Made by a program: the position numbers and the translations under genes. DNA of 32,088 nucleotides from Thraustochytrium aureum. Lineage: Eukaryota. Below the pieces are notes generated by a model that saw only the letters and a list, made by a program, of their open reading frames with translations, made no database searches and was not told the DNA's origin. Positions 31,991 through 32,088 of the stretch are shown piece after piece; position 1 is the stretch's first letter; each line of letters begins with the position of its first letter. The stretch covers positions 1 to 32,088 of the forward strand of contig BLSG01000211.1 of NCBI GenBank assembly GCA_012862495.1. Reading direction: 5' to 3'.

Positions 31991-32088
31991 GCTAGGCAAT
32001 CGCCCGCGGCAGCCCTGGGCTTGGGGCGCTGCGTCGGGCCTGGTCTTTGCTGAGCGCGGGGCGGACTGTGCGTGCGATTTCCCCGCAC

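Overview
GC-rich, intron-poor eukaryotic DNA from a gappy draft assembly. By inference it is a flagellated protist, probably a stramenopile: there is a PH-domain MAPK like oomycete SAK1, an LC4-like EF-hand protein and one clear GT-AG intron. Housekeeping genes are a (PH-)MAPK, a START-domain protein, a ShKT prolyl 4-hydroxylase, a Vac8-like armadillo protein, a calmodulin/LC4-like protein and a multi-pass membrane protein. Three loci stand out. (1) 14913-18536 (-) is a piggyBac-like DDD transposase with its C-terminal Cys-rich domain. A YqaJ/lambda-exonuclease domain sits between its 2nd and 3rd catalytic Asp, and that domain is itself interrupted by a SAP/HeH-like motif. (2) 24273-28006 (-) is an NLR-like TIR-NACHT-WD40 gene with highly similar 42-aa repeats, and a second TIR paralog starts at the left window edge. 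(3) 18986-21642 (+) is a Cho2-type PE methyltransferase followed across a short gap by a bacterial PmtA-type phospholipid methyltransferase, possibly one fused protein. Four genes carry single-base frameshifts, mostly at homopolymers, which may be assembly errors. All domain calls come from motif recognition by eye; no searches were run.
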